Positions 9,307 to 20,333 of a stretch of DNA of 44,340 nt are shown here, piece after piece. Below the pieces are notes generated by a model. The model searched no databases. It had not been told where the DNA came from and was given only the letters and a program-made list of their open reading frames with translations. Origin of the DNA: a virus (lineage: Duplodnaviria > Caudoviricetes); IMG/VR virus record IMGVR_UViG_3300020045_011225, positions 1 through 44,340 of that record. One strand, written 5' to 3'. The translations under genes were made by a program, and so were the position numbers. Each line of letters opens with the position of its first letter. Position 1 is the first letter of the stretch.

Positions 9307-12300
9307 ACGGCAAATTGAACTTGAAGTACGTGCGAATAACCTCTCCAACAAATCGATGGATGAGGTTATTCGCAATATCAATGACCTCTCCGAAGCCCTC
9401 GAAGTACAAGCCAAACTTGCCGAACAAGGGCAAGGTTCGGTTGACGACCTATCCAAGACTTACGATAAGCTCACCAAAGCAGGTAACGCCTTAATTTCAC
9501 AAACCGGCGTAATTGAGTCGATGGGTTTGTTGGCACAAGCTGTTGAGAAAGCGCAAGAGCGTGTTGCCAAAACCACGAAAACCCTTGATGAATATAAGGT
9601 CAGCATTGCGGGTATTGCCAAGCTCACCGGCGAACAGTCGAGTCAGCTTGCTAAATTAGAGAAAGCCGCTGCCGCAGCGGGTGAATCCTTCGACGCGCAG
9701 AATAAAAAATTCGCTAAAGCCACTGAGAACGCCGAGCGTATCGGTGTGAATATGGACAACCTCGCGCAAGCGAATGACCGTGTTGCTGAATCAGCGAAAC
9801 GCCTTAACGCCATTCAAACGAAAGTCACAGACAACCTTGATGCCTACGGTAAGCAAATCACCAAGGTCACCAATGAGCAAGACGCTCTTGCCGCCTCCGA
9901 TTTAAGTTTAGCCAAAGCGCGCGAGGCTCGGGCTGCTGCTGAATCTAAATTCAACGCCAAACGCGCAGATAGTGCTACCGAATTCCGTGAAGCTGATTAC
10001 GCGAAAATGTTTGACGAGTTGGAAGCCCGCGAGGTTCGCGCCAAGAATGCCATTGAGGCCGCTGACCGCGCACAGCGGGAGTTAGCGGCTGTAGAAAAAA
10101 GCACTGCTGCGGCGCGCGCTGGCGAAGCTGCTGACCGTGCTAAGTTTGATGAGGATAGTGCGGCCTATTTGCGGAAATTCAAAGAAGCCGACTATGCCCG
10201 TATGTTTGATGAGCTTGCGCGCGCTGAAGAACATGCTGCCAAAGAAACTGCCGACCTTGAGCGTGAATTAAAGAAACTTGGTACCACCACTGATAAAGCT
10301 ACAGATAAACAGAAAGCCCTCGCCAAAGCATCGGTTGATGCAGCTAAAAAAGCGGGTGATGCAGGTGAAGCATCGAAAGGTCTTTTAAATAGCATTGGGC
10401 AAATGCAGAAGAACCTCATCGGCGGTGAACGCACGTCGCTAGGTTTCTTTCAACGGATGCGCGGTGAAGTCTTATCGCTCATTGCGGCCTATGCGGGTTT
10501 CCAAGGTGCAATTGACACTGCGCGAGGTGCATTGCAGGCTTTCCGTAATGAGCAAGCTACGCAAGTGAAATTACTCGTTGCTACGGGTAATGATGCAGGC
10601 GCTGCGGCAGGTGAGTATGCGTACTTGCGTGGTCAAGCTGAACGTCTTGGTGTTGCATTCGAGGATTTGTCAACAAATTACGCCTCATTCCGTATTGCCG
10701 CCAAAGATGCAAACCTAACTGTGCAAGATACTCGTTTTATTTTTGAGTCAATCAGTGAAGCTGGCGTTAAGTTAAATCTCACACGCGACAACATTAAGGG
10801 TATTCAGAAAGCACTTGAGCAACTTGTATCGAAGGGGACTGCCTCAAGTGAAGAATTACAAGAGCAATTGGGTGATCGCTTACCTGGGGTCATGCAAGTT
10901 GCCGCTAAGAAAATGGGCTTTGCGGGTGAGACTGCTGTAGCTGATTTCCGCAAAGCTCTTGCCGACGGTAAAGTAGATGCTGTACGTGCGGCAGCAGCGT
11001 TGGCGCGGGGTATGAATGAGCAATTCGAGGCTGTTGACGTTTCAAAATCGTTGACTGGTACTGAGGGGCGTTTTCAAACCGCATTGGCCGATTGGAAACG
11101 CACCATTGCTGAATCAGGTTTGGTTGAAGCATACGCCGAGTTGTTGAAGAAAATCACTGAGGTGATGAAGTCTGCTGAAGGTAAAGATTTAGCATCAGCC
11201 ATCGGCAAATCGTTCGGCGCAGTCACTAACGCTATCATCTACCTAATTGACAACATAGAGACGGTGAAAGTCATATTGGTTGAGTTGGGTGCATTGTTTA
11301 GCGCCTTTGTTGCAATTCGCTTTGCCGGCTGGGTGTTTGGTGTTGTAGAGTCAATGGTAGCTTTAACCAACATCGTCAAGTTCGGCGCAATTCCAGCATT
11401 GGTAGCACTGAATGCCCTTTTACTGGCAATCACGCTAATCCCAATTGCGGTATGGGCTTATAACAACTTTGAACCTTTCAAGAAGTTGATAGATGAGTCA
11501 GCGATGGGTTGGCGGGCGTTGTGGGAAGTGATCAAAGTAGGTTTGAAAACTGTAGCAAATGGTGCAGCATCACTGTTCAATTTCCTCACTTCTGGCATTC
11601 GCAATGCGTTGGCTGCGGTGTTGGAGACTTTCGCCAAAGCAGCGCGTGCAGTGGGGAAAAATGGCCTTGCAGCTGAAGTGGAAGCGACTGCTGCGGCTTT
11701 GCGGCAAGGTCTTGGTGATAAGACGTTCATTGACAAGCTGAATGCTGACATTATCATTGCCAAACGTGAACTCGCGTCACTGCAACGCCTCACCGGCAAA
11801 GGTGGCTTCCACGCCAAGCCAACTGAGGGTGGCGTGATCAACCCAATTACAGGGTTACCGCTTGAACCTAAAAAGAAAGTTGCCCCGACTAAAACCCAAG
11901 AAACGGGTTTGATTGGTACGGGTTTGCGTGGTGCTAAAGATGCAGGTAAAAAAGAAGCAGAACAGTACGCTAATCTCCTTAAATCGCTGACTAATCAAGT
12001 CGCAGCGGTCACCGCAAGCGCGCAGAAAAAAGACAAGGAAAACCTCGCTAATCATATTGCGGGTATTGAAAAGCAATACGAAGGTTTGTTTAATGAAATC
12101 GGAAGGTTAAAATCCAAGGAAGCTGCGACGCTCACTAAAAATCTCCGTGATGCGGTTGATAGTTTGACCAATGAAGCGACGAGGGATTATTGGCAAAAGC
12201 AAGTAGATGGCCTTGATGCGATCAAGAAAAAATTCGCTGAAATGGACGTGCAACTTGGCAAAGGTGGCGGTGAAGCGGGTCGGGCGCAAATCGTAGCGGG

Positions 12301-13357
12301 TATTGCCGAGCAGTTCGCACAAATCCGCAAAGAAATTGATGGTCTTGACCTTGAACAGCTTGGCGGCGCTGCGCGTAAATTGGAGTTGCTGAAAAGCCTC
12401 AGTGAGAATGAGGTGCAAACCACACAGCGCGCGGTGAATAAAGATTTATTCCGCGAAGCACAAGAGCAAGGTAAAGCCCTTGACAATCTCATTACGACCC
12501 GTACTCAGAAAATCGAAGCATTCCAAACCCAAGTTGCGCGCGGCGAGTTGACTACCGGCGAAATGTTTGCCAAAACAGCAGAAGCCATCGCGGAAGCGCA
12601 ACCGGCAATCGAATCGGCGGCCAAATCTGCCATTGCATTTGCTGAAGCCCTTCGCGGTAAAGAGGGTATTGATGCTGCGGCATTGGATGCTTATATTCTA
12701 TCGTTGCAACAAGTGCCGAGTAGCTTTAAGGATATTCAAACTGAGATTTACACTACGAAAGATTTGATGGACGACTTAACCGATGTCGGCGTTGGCGCAA
12801 TGGACTCCCTTGCCAAAAACGTCGTGGAATCGGCATCAGGTTTACAATCATGGTCTGACGGCATTAAGCAAGTCGGGATTGACTTTGCAAAGATGGCCGC
12901 TGACATGCTGATGAACATCGCTAAAATCATCGCACAAGAACAATTGTTGGGTTTGGTACGTGCAGGTTTGAAAGCGGTTGGTGGCGTTACTGCGGGTGTG
13001 AATCATGAAGGTGGTGTGATTGGTTCAACTGGCCGTAGTCGCACCGTATCGGCAGGCTGGTTCACCAACGCACCGAAGTACCACACTGGGGGTATCGCAG
13101 GTTTGGCACCAAATGAATACCCTGCAATTCTAAAAAAGAACGAAGAAGTGTTGACTGAAAACGACCCGCGTAATGTGCTGAACGGTGGGATGAATGGTGG
13201 TGGGCAAGGTACGCCAATAGTCCAAGACGTGAAGGTGATGAACATGATCGACTCGGGTTCGTTTGTATCAGAAGGTATGTCAACGCCACAAGGCGTTAAG
13301 GCGGTGTTAAACTTCATCAGCGCCAACCGCACGCAAGTTAAATCAATCTTAGGGTAA
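9293..13357 (+). CDS. Tape measure protein
   Basis: Long Ala/Lys/Glu helical protein; ALEQLVSKGTASSEELQEQLGDRLPG tape-measure motif; C-terminal KYHTGG...PAILKKNEEVLT. Confidence 0.95.
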   Translation: MAITKRQIELEVRANNLSNKSMDEVIRNINDLSEALEVQAKLAEQGQGSVDDLSKTYDKLTKAGNALISQTGVIESMGLLAQAVEKAQERVAKTTKTLDEYKVSIAGIAKLTGEQSSQLAKLEKAAAAAGESFDAQNKKFAKATENAERIGVNMDNLAQANDRVAESAKRLNAIQTKVTDNLDAYGKQITKVTNEQDALAASDLSLAKAREARAAAESKFNAKRADSATEFREADYAKMFDELEAREVRAKNAIEAADRAQRELAAVEKSTAAARAGEAADRAKFDEDSAAYLRKFKEADYARMFDELARAEEHAAKETADLERELKKLGTTTDKATDKQKALAKASVDAAKKAGDAGEASKGLLNSIGQMQKNLIGGERTSLGFFQRMRGEVLSLIAAYAGFQGAIDTARGALQAFRNEQATQVKLLVATGNDAGAAAGEYAYLRGQAERLGVAFEDLSTNYASFRIAAKDANLTVQDTRFIFESISEAGVKLNLTRDNIKGIQKALEQLVSKGTASSEELQEQLGDRLPGVMQVAAKKMGFAGETAVADFRKALADGKVDAVRAAAALARGMNEQFEAVDVSKSLTGTEGRFQTALADWKRTIAESGLVEAYAELLKKITEVMKSAEGKDLASAIGKSFGAVTNAIIYLIDNIETVKVILVELGALFSAFVAIRFAGWVFGVVESMVALTNIVKFGAIPALVALNALLLAITLIPIAVWAYNNFEPFKKLIDESAMGWRALWEVIKVGLKTVANGAASLFNFLTSGIRNALAAVLETFAKAARAVGKNGLAAEVEATAAALRQGLGDKTFIDKLNADIIIAKRELASLQRLTGKGGFHAKPTEGGVINPITGLPLEPKKKVAPTKTQETGLIGTGLRGAKDAGKKEAEQYANLLKSLTNQVAAVTASAQKKDKENLANHIAGIEKQYEGLFNEIGRLKSKEAATLTKNLRDAVDSLTNEATRDYWQKQVDGLDAIKKKFAEMDVQLGKGGGEAGRAQIVAGIAEQFAQIRKEIDGLDLEQLGGAARKLELLKSLSENEVQTTQRAVNKDLFREAQEQGKALDNLITTRTQKIEAFQTQVARGELTTGEMFAKTAEAIAEAQPAIESAAKSAIAFAEALRGKEGIDAAALDAYILSLQQVPSSFKDIQTEIYTTKDLMDDLTDVGVGAMDSLAKNVVESASGLQSWSDGIKQVGIDFAKMAADMLMNIAKIIAQEQLLGLVRAGLKAVGGVTAGVNHEGGVIGSTGRSRTVSAGWFTNAPKYHTGGIAGLAPNEYPAILKKNEEVLTENDPRNVLNGGMNGGGQGTPIVQDVKVMNMIDSGSFVSEGMSTPQGVKAVLNFISANRTQVKSILG

Positions 13358-13361
13358 TACG

Positions 13362-14195
13362 ATGACAGCTCATATCGGCTTCGTTGACAATAGTGGTGGC
13401 ACATTAGCACACTACAAAATGTTGGATAAAATTAGAGAGGTTTGTCTTGCCGAGGGTTGGGCAATCTTGCGTTATGACGATGTTTCTGCAAATCGGGAAC
13501 TCATCATGCGCGCACCAGGCTTATCAGGTACAGAGCAAATTCACTGCGGCGTTTACTGCTATCAGGATATTGGTGCCGACTACTACAACCTCGCAGTAGC
13601 CACAATGAAAGGTTACGTTTCAGGTAACACGTTCTTAACGCAACCGGGTATTTCTCCTATCAGTGGCGTGCCTGCCCACAATCAACGCATTGACTATTGG
13701 ATTAGCGTTAATTCGCAGCGCATCAATGTGGCGATGAAGGTTGGTACTCCGGTGTATTGCACGTTTGGCCTTGGTAAGTTTTTCCCGTATGCACGTCCAT
13801 CGCAATACCCACAACCTCTGTTTGCTGCTGGCATGTTGGACGGTGCGACGGCAACCCGCTATAGCGCAACTAGCTACAACATGCCTTGGCTCGGTAACCG
13901 AAATAACCTTCGTATGAATTTTAACGATGGTGCGTGGAAAACCCCACTATGTTCACCATTCTCGAACACTTTAACGCGTTCACAAATTCGCCCAAACGGT
14001 GACGCCTACGTCATTACCCCACTGCAATTGCACGATGCTGAAAACATTTACGGTGAACTCGATGGGCTTTACCACATTACAGGTTTTGATAATGTGACTG
14101 AAAACACAATTGCATTGGGTGGGAAAAATTACGTGATAATTCAGAATGTTGGCCGAACTGGGTTCGGTGATTATATTGCAATGGAGCTTTCATAA
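13362..14195 (+). CDS. Virion structural (tail) protein
   Basis: PYARPSQYPQPL and NIYGELDG motifs; directly after the tape measure. Confidence 0.75.
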   Translation: MTAHIGFVDNSGGTLAHYKMLDKIREVCLAEGWAILRYDDVSANRELIMRAPGLSGTEQIHCGVYCYQDIGADYYNLAVATMKGYVSGNTFLTQPGISPISGVPAHNQRIDYWISVNSQRINVAMKVGTPVYCTFGLGKFFPYARPSQYPQPLFAAGMLDGATATRYSATSYNMPWLGNRNNLRMNFNDGAWKTPLCSPFSNTLTRSQIRPNGDAYVITPLQLHDAENIYGELDGLYHITGFDNVTENTIALGGKNYVIIQNVGRTGFGDYIAMELS

Positions 14196-15151
14196 TGGCC
14201 TATGTAACCGGTTCGGCAGGTAACGTTACTGCGCTGCGTGATGCAGTTGTTGCCGCAGCAATTGGGAATGGTTGGGCGTGGGATAGTGGTGCAAATATTT
14301 TGTCCAAAGGTAATGTGCTTGGGCAAATTACAATCTCAGGCAATCGTTTAATGGTACAGGCGGGTATTGGTAGTCCGAGTGGTGTGTTAACGAATCCTTC
14401 CGGCCAATTAGTCGGTGTGAGTGATGTGCTGTCCGGTACACCAAATATCGCACTGTCTTATCCGCTGACATACCACATTTTCATCAACACAACCCCTGAT
14501 GAAATAGTGGTTGCTGTGAACTATCAAACTTCGTGGTGGCAATGGTTGGGTTTCGGGATCGCAACACCACTGGGGCAACCCGACACGCCCGTTTGGCAGT
14601 GGGGAACGTGCAATAATTTACAAATTGCAAATGACGCTGGTAGCTTGTATAACGGCGTCGGGGTTACCGTCGATGTGAACTTGACCCCGACCACCTCACC
14701 TCGGCATACGGGCGCAGTTCCCTTCTGGAATCCTCAACATTTCCAATGTGCGTACCCGACTTATTCGATTTACGGCAATGTTGACGGACAGGGTTGGTTA
14801 CATGGTGGGCAACCCAATGCAGCAGGTAAATCATCGGCCACTGAAATTGCATCAGGTTTGTTGAAAACACAACCTAATACGTGGAATGGTGAATCTGTTT
14901 TATGCCGCCTACAAATCGCTACGGCGCGCGCCTCGGACTTCAGGTCATATGTTGGTGAGATTGGGCATTTAAGGTTGACCCGCAATGATAATTTCAGTGA
15001 TGGGCAAATTCTGACATTGGGTGCAGACTCATGGTTCATAGCGCCTGCTTACCGTAAAGATACTGTCAATCGCGACGGTACATCATACGGTGACCCCAAT
15101 AATCGAATGACTCATAGTGGTACTGTTGCGGTAGCTGTTCGGAAAACTTGA
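14195..15151 (+). CDS. Virion structural (tail) protein
   Basis: MAYVTGSA start and THSGTVAVAVR end; TAATG coupling. Confidence 0.7.
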   Translation: MAYVTGSAGNVTALRDAVVAAAIGNGWAWDSGANILSKGNVLGQITISGNRLMVQAGIGSPSGVLTNPSGQLVGVSDVLSGTPNIALSYPLTYHIFINTTPDEIVVAVNYQTSWWQWLGFGIATPLGQPDTPVWQWGTCNNLQIANDAGSLYNGVGVTVDVNLTPTTSPRHTGAVPFWNPQHFQCAYPTYSIYGNVDGQGWLHGGQPNAAGKSSATEIASGLLKTQPNTWNGESVLCRLQIATARASDFRSYVGEIGHLRLTRNDNFSDGQILTLGADSWFIAPAYRKDTVNRDGTSYGDPNNRMTHSGTVAVAVRKT

Positions 15152-15159
15152 GGTGTTGA

Positions 15160-16866
15160 ATGGCTATTTTAACGGCAGTGTTGAGTAAAGGTTCTGAGTT
15201 CATCGGTGAAAACCCATCACTATCAACTGATGGGCGCGTTTACGCTAAGGTTGAATGGCCGTTCCTTGTGAGCGGTCAGTTTTCATCAAACTTAGCATCT
15301 GCGTTAACTCGAAAATTGAATGTTTCAGTACCCGCAAGGCGGGATTTGCCGGGCGCTAAATCAGGTAGCTATTTGAATGATTACTGGTTTAGGGTGCATG
15401 TCGCCCCATCGCTTATTGCCTTTGGTGATTTGGTTTCAAATCAAACGCGAAATGTTGAAGTGTGGAATGCAAATGTCACCTCAACATTACTTCAATCAGT
15501 CACACCCTTCGGAAATATAAACGGGGTGACCATTGTTGAGCCTGATGCTGCACCCACATCATTCACCGCAAACGAATCGCGCATCTACCAAATTGGTGTA
15601 ACGTTAAATGGTTCACCTACGATTGATGCAGGATACACATTCGTGTTCACCGGTCAAACGTCCAACGTTACGATCACGGGTAGGCGGGTTGTTTTATTCC
15701 CATATAAACCGAATTTCAAAATACCATTCACTGAAGCGTTGGAGTGGCGAACTGATGTTTTACGGGCGTTCAGCGGTAAGGAACAGCGTAGGGGGTTGTC
15801 AGCAACCCCACGTAGGTCATTTGAGTTTGATATTCAAGTGCGAGGTGATGAAACCCAATATTGGCAAAACTTGATGTGGGGTTGGCAAGAGCGCATATTT
15901 TCTGTGCCAGTGTGGAGTGACGCTTCACCGTTAACCGAAAATGCAACTGCTGGTAATTTGACAATTCAGTGTAAAACTGCAAACCTATCTTTCGTTGCCA
16001 ACGGCATTGCCGTAATTTATTTAGATCAACGCCATAGTGAAATGGTTGAGATTGAAAGCTTTAACGCGACGTCAATAACCCTGAAAGAGCCGTTAGGTTT
16101 GAACTGGTCGTCAGGCACTCACGTTTACCCATGCGTGTTTGCCCACTTACCAACCGAAGTAAATGTGACGCGTCACACAAGCAATGTTTTAACCGGGCGA
16201 TGTGTATTTAAAACCTCACCTGATATTACATCGCCATTTACCCCTGATACGTCAGCACCCACTATCTACGATGGGTTGGAAGTAATCACTGTTCAGCCAA
16301 ATTGGGCTAATGGTTTAAACCAAAATCTAACTCATAATTTTGAGGAGATTGACTACGGTATTGGGCAAATACGTTGGTTAAAAAAAGAAACTAACCCATC
16401 GAAATTAATGCCGTATTCTTGGTTGCTGCGTGACCGCGCAATGATCGTCGCATTTCGGGCGTTTCTTGGGCGGCAGTCCGGTCGATTGAAAACGTGCTGG
16501 ATACCATCGTGGACTGACGACTTCACTGCGGTGTTGGAAATTGAAGCATCAAGCACTGTATTACCTGTTGTGGAAAACGGCTTTAGTCGATTGGTAGGTG
16601 TTAACCCCTCGAATGACCGTATTGCGATTCGCACAAAATCAGGGCAGGTGTACTACCGCCGTATTACAGCCATCACCTTATCACCAGATGGGGTTAACCC
16701 TGCGTTAGTATTAGATTCGGCCTTGGGTGATCACTTGTTGGCTGATGATATTTTAACAATCAACATGCTTCACCGTTGCCGCTTTGCCACTGACAAATTT
16801 AATTTTCAGTGGCACACAGGTAGCGTGGTTACGGTTGATTCAAACTTTATGACGGTTGATCAATAA
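15160..16866 (+). CDS. Distal tail / tail-tip protein with an N-terminal Ig-like region
   Basis: EALEWRTDVLRAFSGKEQRR...PRRSFE and GRLKTCWIPSW motifs. Confidence 0.75.
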   Translation: MAILTAVLSKGSEFIGENPSLSTDGRVYAKVEWPFLVSGQFSSNLASALTRKLNVSVPARRDLPGAKSGSYLNDYWFRVHVAPSLIAFGDLVSNQTRNVEVWNANVTSTLLQSVTPFGNINGVTIVEPDAAPTSFTANESRIYQIGVTLNGSPTIDAGYTFVFTGQTSNVTITGRRVVLFPYKPNFKIPFTEALEWRTDVLRAFSGKEQRRGLSATPRRSFEFDIQVRGDETQYWQNLMWGWQERIFSVPVWSDASPLTENATAGNLTIQCKTANLSFVANGIAVIYLDQRHSEMVEIESFNATSITLKEPLGLNWSSGTHVYPCVFAHLPTEVNVTRHTSNVLTGRCVFKTSPDITSPFTPDTSAPTIYDGLEVITVQPNWANGLNQNLTHNFEEIDYGIGQIRWLKKETNPSKLMPYSWLLRDRAMIVAFRAFLGRQSGRLKTCWIPSWTDDFTAVLEIEASSTVLPVVENGFSRLVGVNPSNDRIAIRTKSGQVYYRRITAITLSPDGVNPALVLDSALGDHLLADDILTINMLHRCRFATDKFNFQWHTGSVVTVDSNFMTVDQ

Positions 16867-17690
16867 TGAGTTACGCATCTTTAGAATTGAGCATTGATTC
16901 AAGTCGGCCAGTTGAGTTGTTTTGGTTCAAATACTCGGGTGCCGATTGGTTTTACACGAACTCATCAACCCCTATTTCACATTTAGGTCATGAGTTCACG
17001 CCGATACCTATTATGCGCGGCCAAATCTCATCGTCAGGTGACATTAGCAAATCGTCGTTGGAAATAACCAGTGTTGAGGACTTACCCGTTGCTGCGTTAT
17101 TTTCGCAATACCCACCCAATGAGCCTGTGACAATTACAATTTACGGGCATCACATTCTTGACAATGAGTTTAGTGTGTTGTGGAAGGGGCGAATTCTCAA
17201 CGTCGATTGGAATGATAGTCAGCAAGTCGTACTGCGATCAGAAAGTGTTTTCACATCAATGCAGCGCGCAGGCTTAGGTCGTAAGTTTCAAACGCAATGC
17301 CCATACGCATTGTTTAACCCGCAATGTGGCGTTTCCAGCGTTGCATTCCGCGATAGCCCCACTGTAATAGCCATCAGTGGTAGGGTGGTTACTGCGAACA
17401 ACATTCGACCTGCCGACTATTACGCAGGGGGGTATGCTGTTTGGTCTAACCCGATTACTAATATTGCTGAAAAACGTGCAATCAAGTCGTCGGGGGCTGA
17501 TGGTACAATCGTGTTATCGACCTACCCTGTTGCATTAACTGTAGGCGCTACGATTGATATTTACGCGGGTTGTGACCATAGTTTAAACGGTGCAAACGGG
17601 TGTACTGTTAAGTTTGCAAATCACATTCGATTCGGCGGCACACCTTGGCAACCTGAGAAAAATCCATTCGGCGGCGCAACTGTCTATTGA
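16866..17690 (+). CDS. Tail-tip protein, BR0599/DUF2163 family (lambda gpL analogue)
   Basis: CPYALFNPQCGV and AGCDHS...C..KF.N..RFGG.P Cys motifs. Confidence 0.85.
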   Translation: MSYASLELSIDSSRPVELFWFKYSGADWFYTNSSTPISHLGHEFTPIPIMRGQISSSGDISKSSLEITSVEDLPVAALFSQYPPNEPVTITIYGHHILDNEFSVLWKGRILNVDWNDSQQVVLRSESVFTSMQRAGLGRKFQTQCPYALFNPQCGVSSVAFRDSPTVIAISGRVVTANNIRPADYYAGGYAVWSNPITNIAEKRAIKSSGADGTIVLSTYPVALTVGATIDIYAGCDHSLNGANGCTVKFANHIRFGGTPWQPEKNPFGGATVY

Positions 17691-17698
17691 GGTAAATC

Positions 17699-17932
17699 AT
17701 GTTCCTACAACTCGCATACGCACTTGTAATGATGGTGGTGAGTTATGCAATTCAACTCGCAATAACACCTAAACCACAACAACCAACTGCCGGAACGCTT
17801 GATGTACCCACACCAGCGGCAGGGGCAACCGTACCAGTGCTATTCGGCACAAACATCATAAAGTCAGCAAACATTATTTGGTATGGTGACGCTCACGTTG
17901 AGGCAATCAAGTCGAAGGGTGGTAAAAAATAA
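17699..17932 (+). CDS. Small tail assembly protein
   Basis: PVLFGT...NIIWYGD...KGGKK. Confidence 0.75.
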   Translation: MFLQLAYALVMMVVSYAIQLAITPKPQQPTAGTLDVPTPAAGATVPVLFGTNIIKSANIIWYGDAHVEAIKSKGGKK

Positions 17933-18126
17933 TGAGGTTGATGCCTGACGATTTGCGAGAGTGCAATTACTGCGCGCGGGGTTCGCGGGTTATGGCCGAA
18001 GCTATTGGGGTTGATTGGTCTGCCTTTTTGAAAGATGGTGTTGAATTGTCGCGTTTGGAAGGAATTGATGACGCGATGGTTCAAGTTCTAGTTGCGCACG
18101 TTAAACGTAAAAACGGGGTTGAATAA
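17932..18126 (+). CDS. Small tail assembly protein
   Basis: YCARGSR...GVDWSAFLKDGV; conserved position in tail-tip modules. Confidence 0.7.
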   Translation: MRLMPDDLRECNYCARGSRVMAEAIGVDWSAFLKDGVELSRLEGIDDAMVQVLVAHVKRKNGVE

Positions 18127-20330
18127 TGGGGGTAGGTTCTAAGTCGGCAACGGTGGGGTTCAAGTATTACCTCGGTGTACAACTTGCACTTTGCCATGGT
18201 GCTGTTGACTCCGTTAAACGCCTCATTGTAGGTGAGCGCAATGCGTGGCAAGGCAATATAACCACTGACGGAGAGGTGGTAGTCAACGCGCCCGATTTAT
18301 TCGGAGGCACGAAAGCGCAAGGCGGGGTTGCTGGGCTGATGAAAGTTGCAATGGGGTCTGACGCACAACTGCAAGACCCCTATTTAGTGACGCACTGCGC
18401 TGCAAATGTGCCTGCGTATCTTGGCTTGACCACTGTGATTTTCAAGAAGTTCTACTGGTCAGCGATGAACCCGTATTTCAAAGCGCCGTGGCTTGAAGTC
18501 ACCCGTATCTTGAAAGGTTGGCGCGCGGATTCAACGTGGTATCCGTCAAAGGCTACCGTAAATACCCTCGATATGAACCCTGCCCACATCATTTATCAAT
18601 GCTTGACTGATGTTGATTGGGGGATGGGCTATTCAACTTCAGATATTGACGATGTTAGTTTCCGCGCAGCGGCGTTGGCGCTACACAATGAAGGCTTTGG
18701 CATTTCCTTGATTTGGGAAAAGCAAATGCCGATTATGTCGTTTGTACAAATTATTTGTGACCACATCAACGGTGCTGTACAACTTGATTTGAAAACAGGA
18801 AATTATAAATTAAAGTTAATCCGTGACGACTATAATGTTGACGACCTTGTGGAGTTGACCCCTGATAATATTTTAAGCATTGATTCATTTCAGCGCTTAG
18901 GTGTTGGCGAGTTGGTTACATCAATGACCGTCACTTATACCGACAGGAACCAAGTTGCGCAAACTGTCACTGCTCACGATTTGGCAACATTAGAGTCGCA
19001 AGGTAGTGCTGTGGTGACTACGCGTGAATATTTAGGTATACGCGATGCGGCCTTGGCGATGCGTGTTGCTGAGCGTGATTTAAACACCGTTTCTGCACCT
19101 TTGGCTAAAGTGAGCCTCACCGTCAATCGCGTGCTGTTTGATAAGGAAAAGGGTGATGAAGTCGCATTCACATGGCCACTACTCGGCATTGACAAGTTGC
19201 CAATGCGTATTATTGAGTTGGACAAAGGTGACCTACTTAACGGGCAAATGCGGGTAGAACTTATTGAGGATGTGTTCGGTTTCCCAAGTACATCGTACAT
19301 GACACCCCAACCCCCACTATGGGTTGATCCGCAGCAGCCGCCAGCACCTTCCTCGTTGCGTAAAGTAATTGAGATTCCGTATTGGGAAATACAACGTTCA
19401 TTGTCACCCGGCGACTTTGCAGTATTCCCTACTGATGGTGCAGCGCTAGGCACATTAGCCAACAAGCCGAGTGATGTTTCGTTTGATTATGGTGTTCGCA
19501 CTGCACCGAGTTATGAGGAAGGCTTGCGCGCCGCATTCGCACCAAACGCATTACTCCTTGCCGCCATTGCACCTGCGGTCAAATCAATCACAATCAGCGC
19601 AGGTAGTATGTTGGACGATGTTGCGGCAGGTGAATACGCGATGATCGGTGATGAGATTGTGCGGGTTGACGCAATCAACCCTCTATTGGGCACGATGACA
19701 GTGGGTCGAGGGTGTTTAGACACCACTCCAGTCGCGCATAACGCAGGTGCCGTGGTATTTTTCCCGCAAGACAGTTTGGGTACTGATGGGGTGTTATATT
19801 TGAGTGGGCAATCGGTCACAGTAAAAATGCTACCTCGAACTGGGCAAGGTGAGCTTTCCGTGGTCGGTGCGCCAACCAACACCGTTTCAATGGTGGGTAG
19901 ATTTGATAAGCCATACCCACCTGGCAAATTGAGAATTACAGGTGATGAGGCGACAACCCCAAACTCAACATACCCGACCTATGTTCAAGGGGCGTTGTCC
20001 GTAACTTGGGCAACTCGCAATAGATTGGTTCAGAATTTAGAGGATGAGTCCGTTGGTAACATCACTTCCGAGCAAGGTGTTAGCTATAATCTTTACGTGT
20101 ATGTGGACGGTGTGTTACATCAGCAAGTTAACGGATTAAGTGGAACTGTATACTCCCCAACAGTCGAGGGTGAACACATTGTTACCATCGAGGTTGAGTC
20201 GGTGCGAGGGGGTATTGTTAGTTTCCAGAAGGCGAGACACTCATTCACGCACGTTAACACTGGTCGTATTCTGACTGAGGATTCATACAACATCACCACC
20301 GAATCCGGTGACTTCATTAATAAAGGGTAA
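18126..20330 (+). CDS. Central tail-tip / hub protein (gpJ-like, Phage-tail_3 type)
   Basis: VGFKYYLG..LALCHG, DMNPAHIIYQCLTD..WGMG and RGCLDTTPVAH motifs. Confidence 0.85.
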   Translation: MGVGSKSATVGFKYYLGVQLALCHGAVDSVKRLIVGERNAWQGNITTDGEVVVNAPDLFGGTKAQGGVAGLMKVAMGSDAQLQDPYLVTHCAANVPAYLGLTTVIFKKFYWSAMNPYFKAPWLEVTRILKGWRADSTWYPSKATVNTLDMNPAHIIYQCLTDVDWGMGYSTSDIDDVSFRAAALALHNEGFGISLIWEKQMPIMSFVQIICDHINGAVQLDLKTGNYKLKLIRDDYNVDDLVELTPDNILSIDSFQRLGVGELVTSMTVTYTDRNQVAQTVTAHDLATLESQGSAVVTTREYLGIRDAALAMRVAERDLNTVSAPLAKVSLTVNRVLFDKEKGDEVAFTWPLLGIDKLPMRIIELDKGDLLNGQMRVELIEDVFGFPSTSYMTPQPPLWVDPQQPPAPSSLRKVIEIPYWEIQRSLSPGDFAVFPTDGAALGTLANKPSDVSFDYGVRTAPSYEEGLRAAFAPNALLLAAIAPAVKSITISAGSMLDDVAAGEYAMIGDEIVRVDAINPLLGTMTVGRGCLDTTPVAHNAGAVVFFPQDSLGTDGVLYLSGQSVTVKMLPRTGQGELSVVGAPTNTVSMVGRFDKPYPPGKLRITGDEATTPNSTYPTYVQGALSVTWATRNRLVQNLEDESVGNITSEQGVSYNLYVYVDGVLHQQVNGLSGTVYSPTVEGEHIVTIEVESVRGGIVSFQKARHSFTHVNTGRILTEDSYNITTESGDFINKG

Positions 20331-20333
20331 ATT

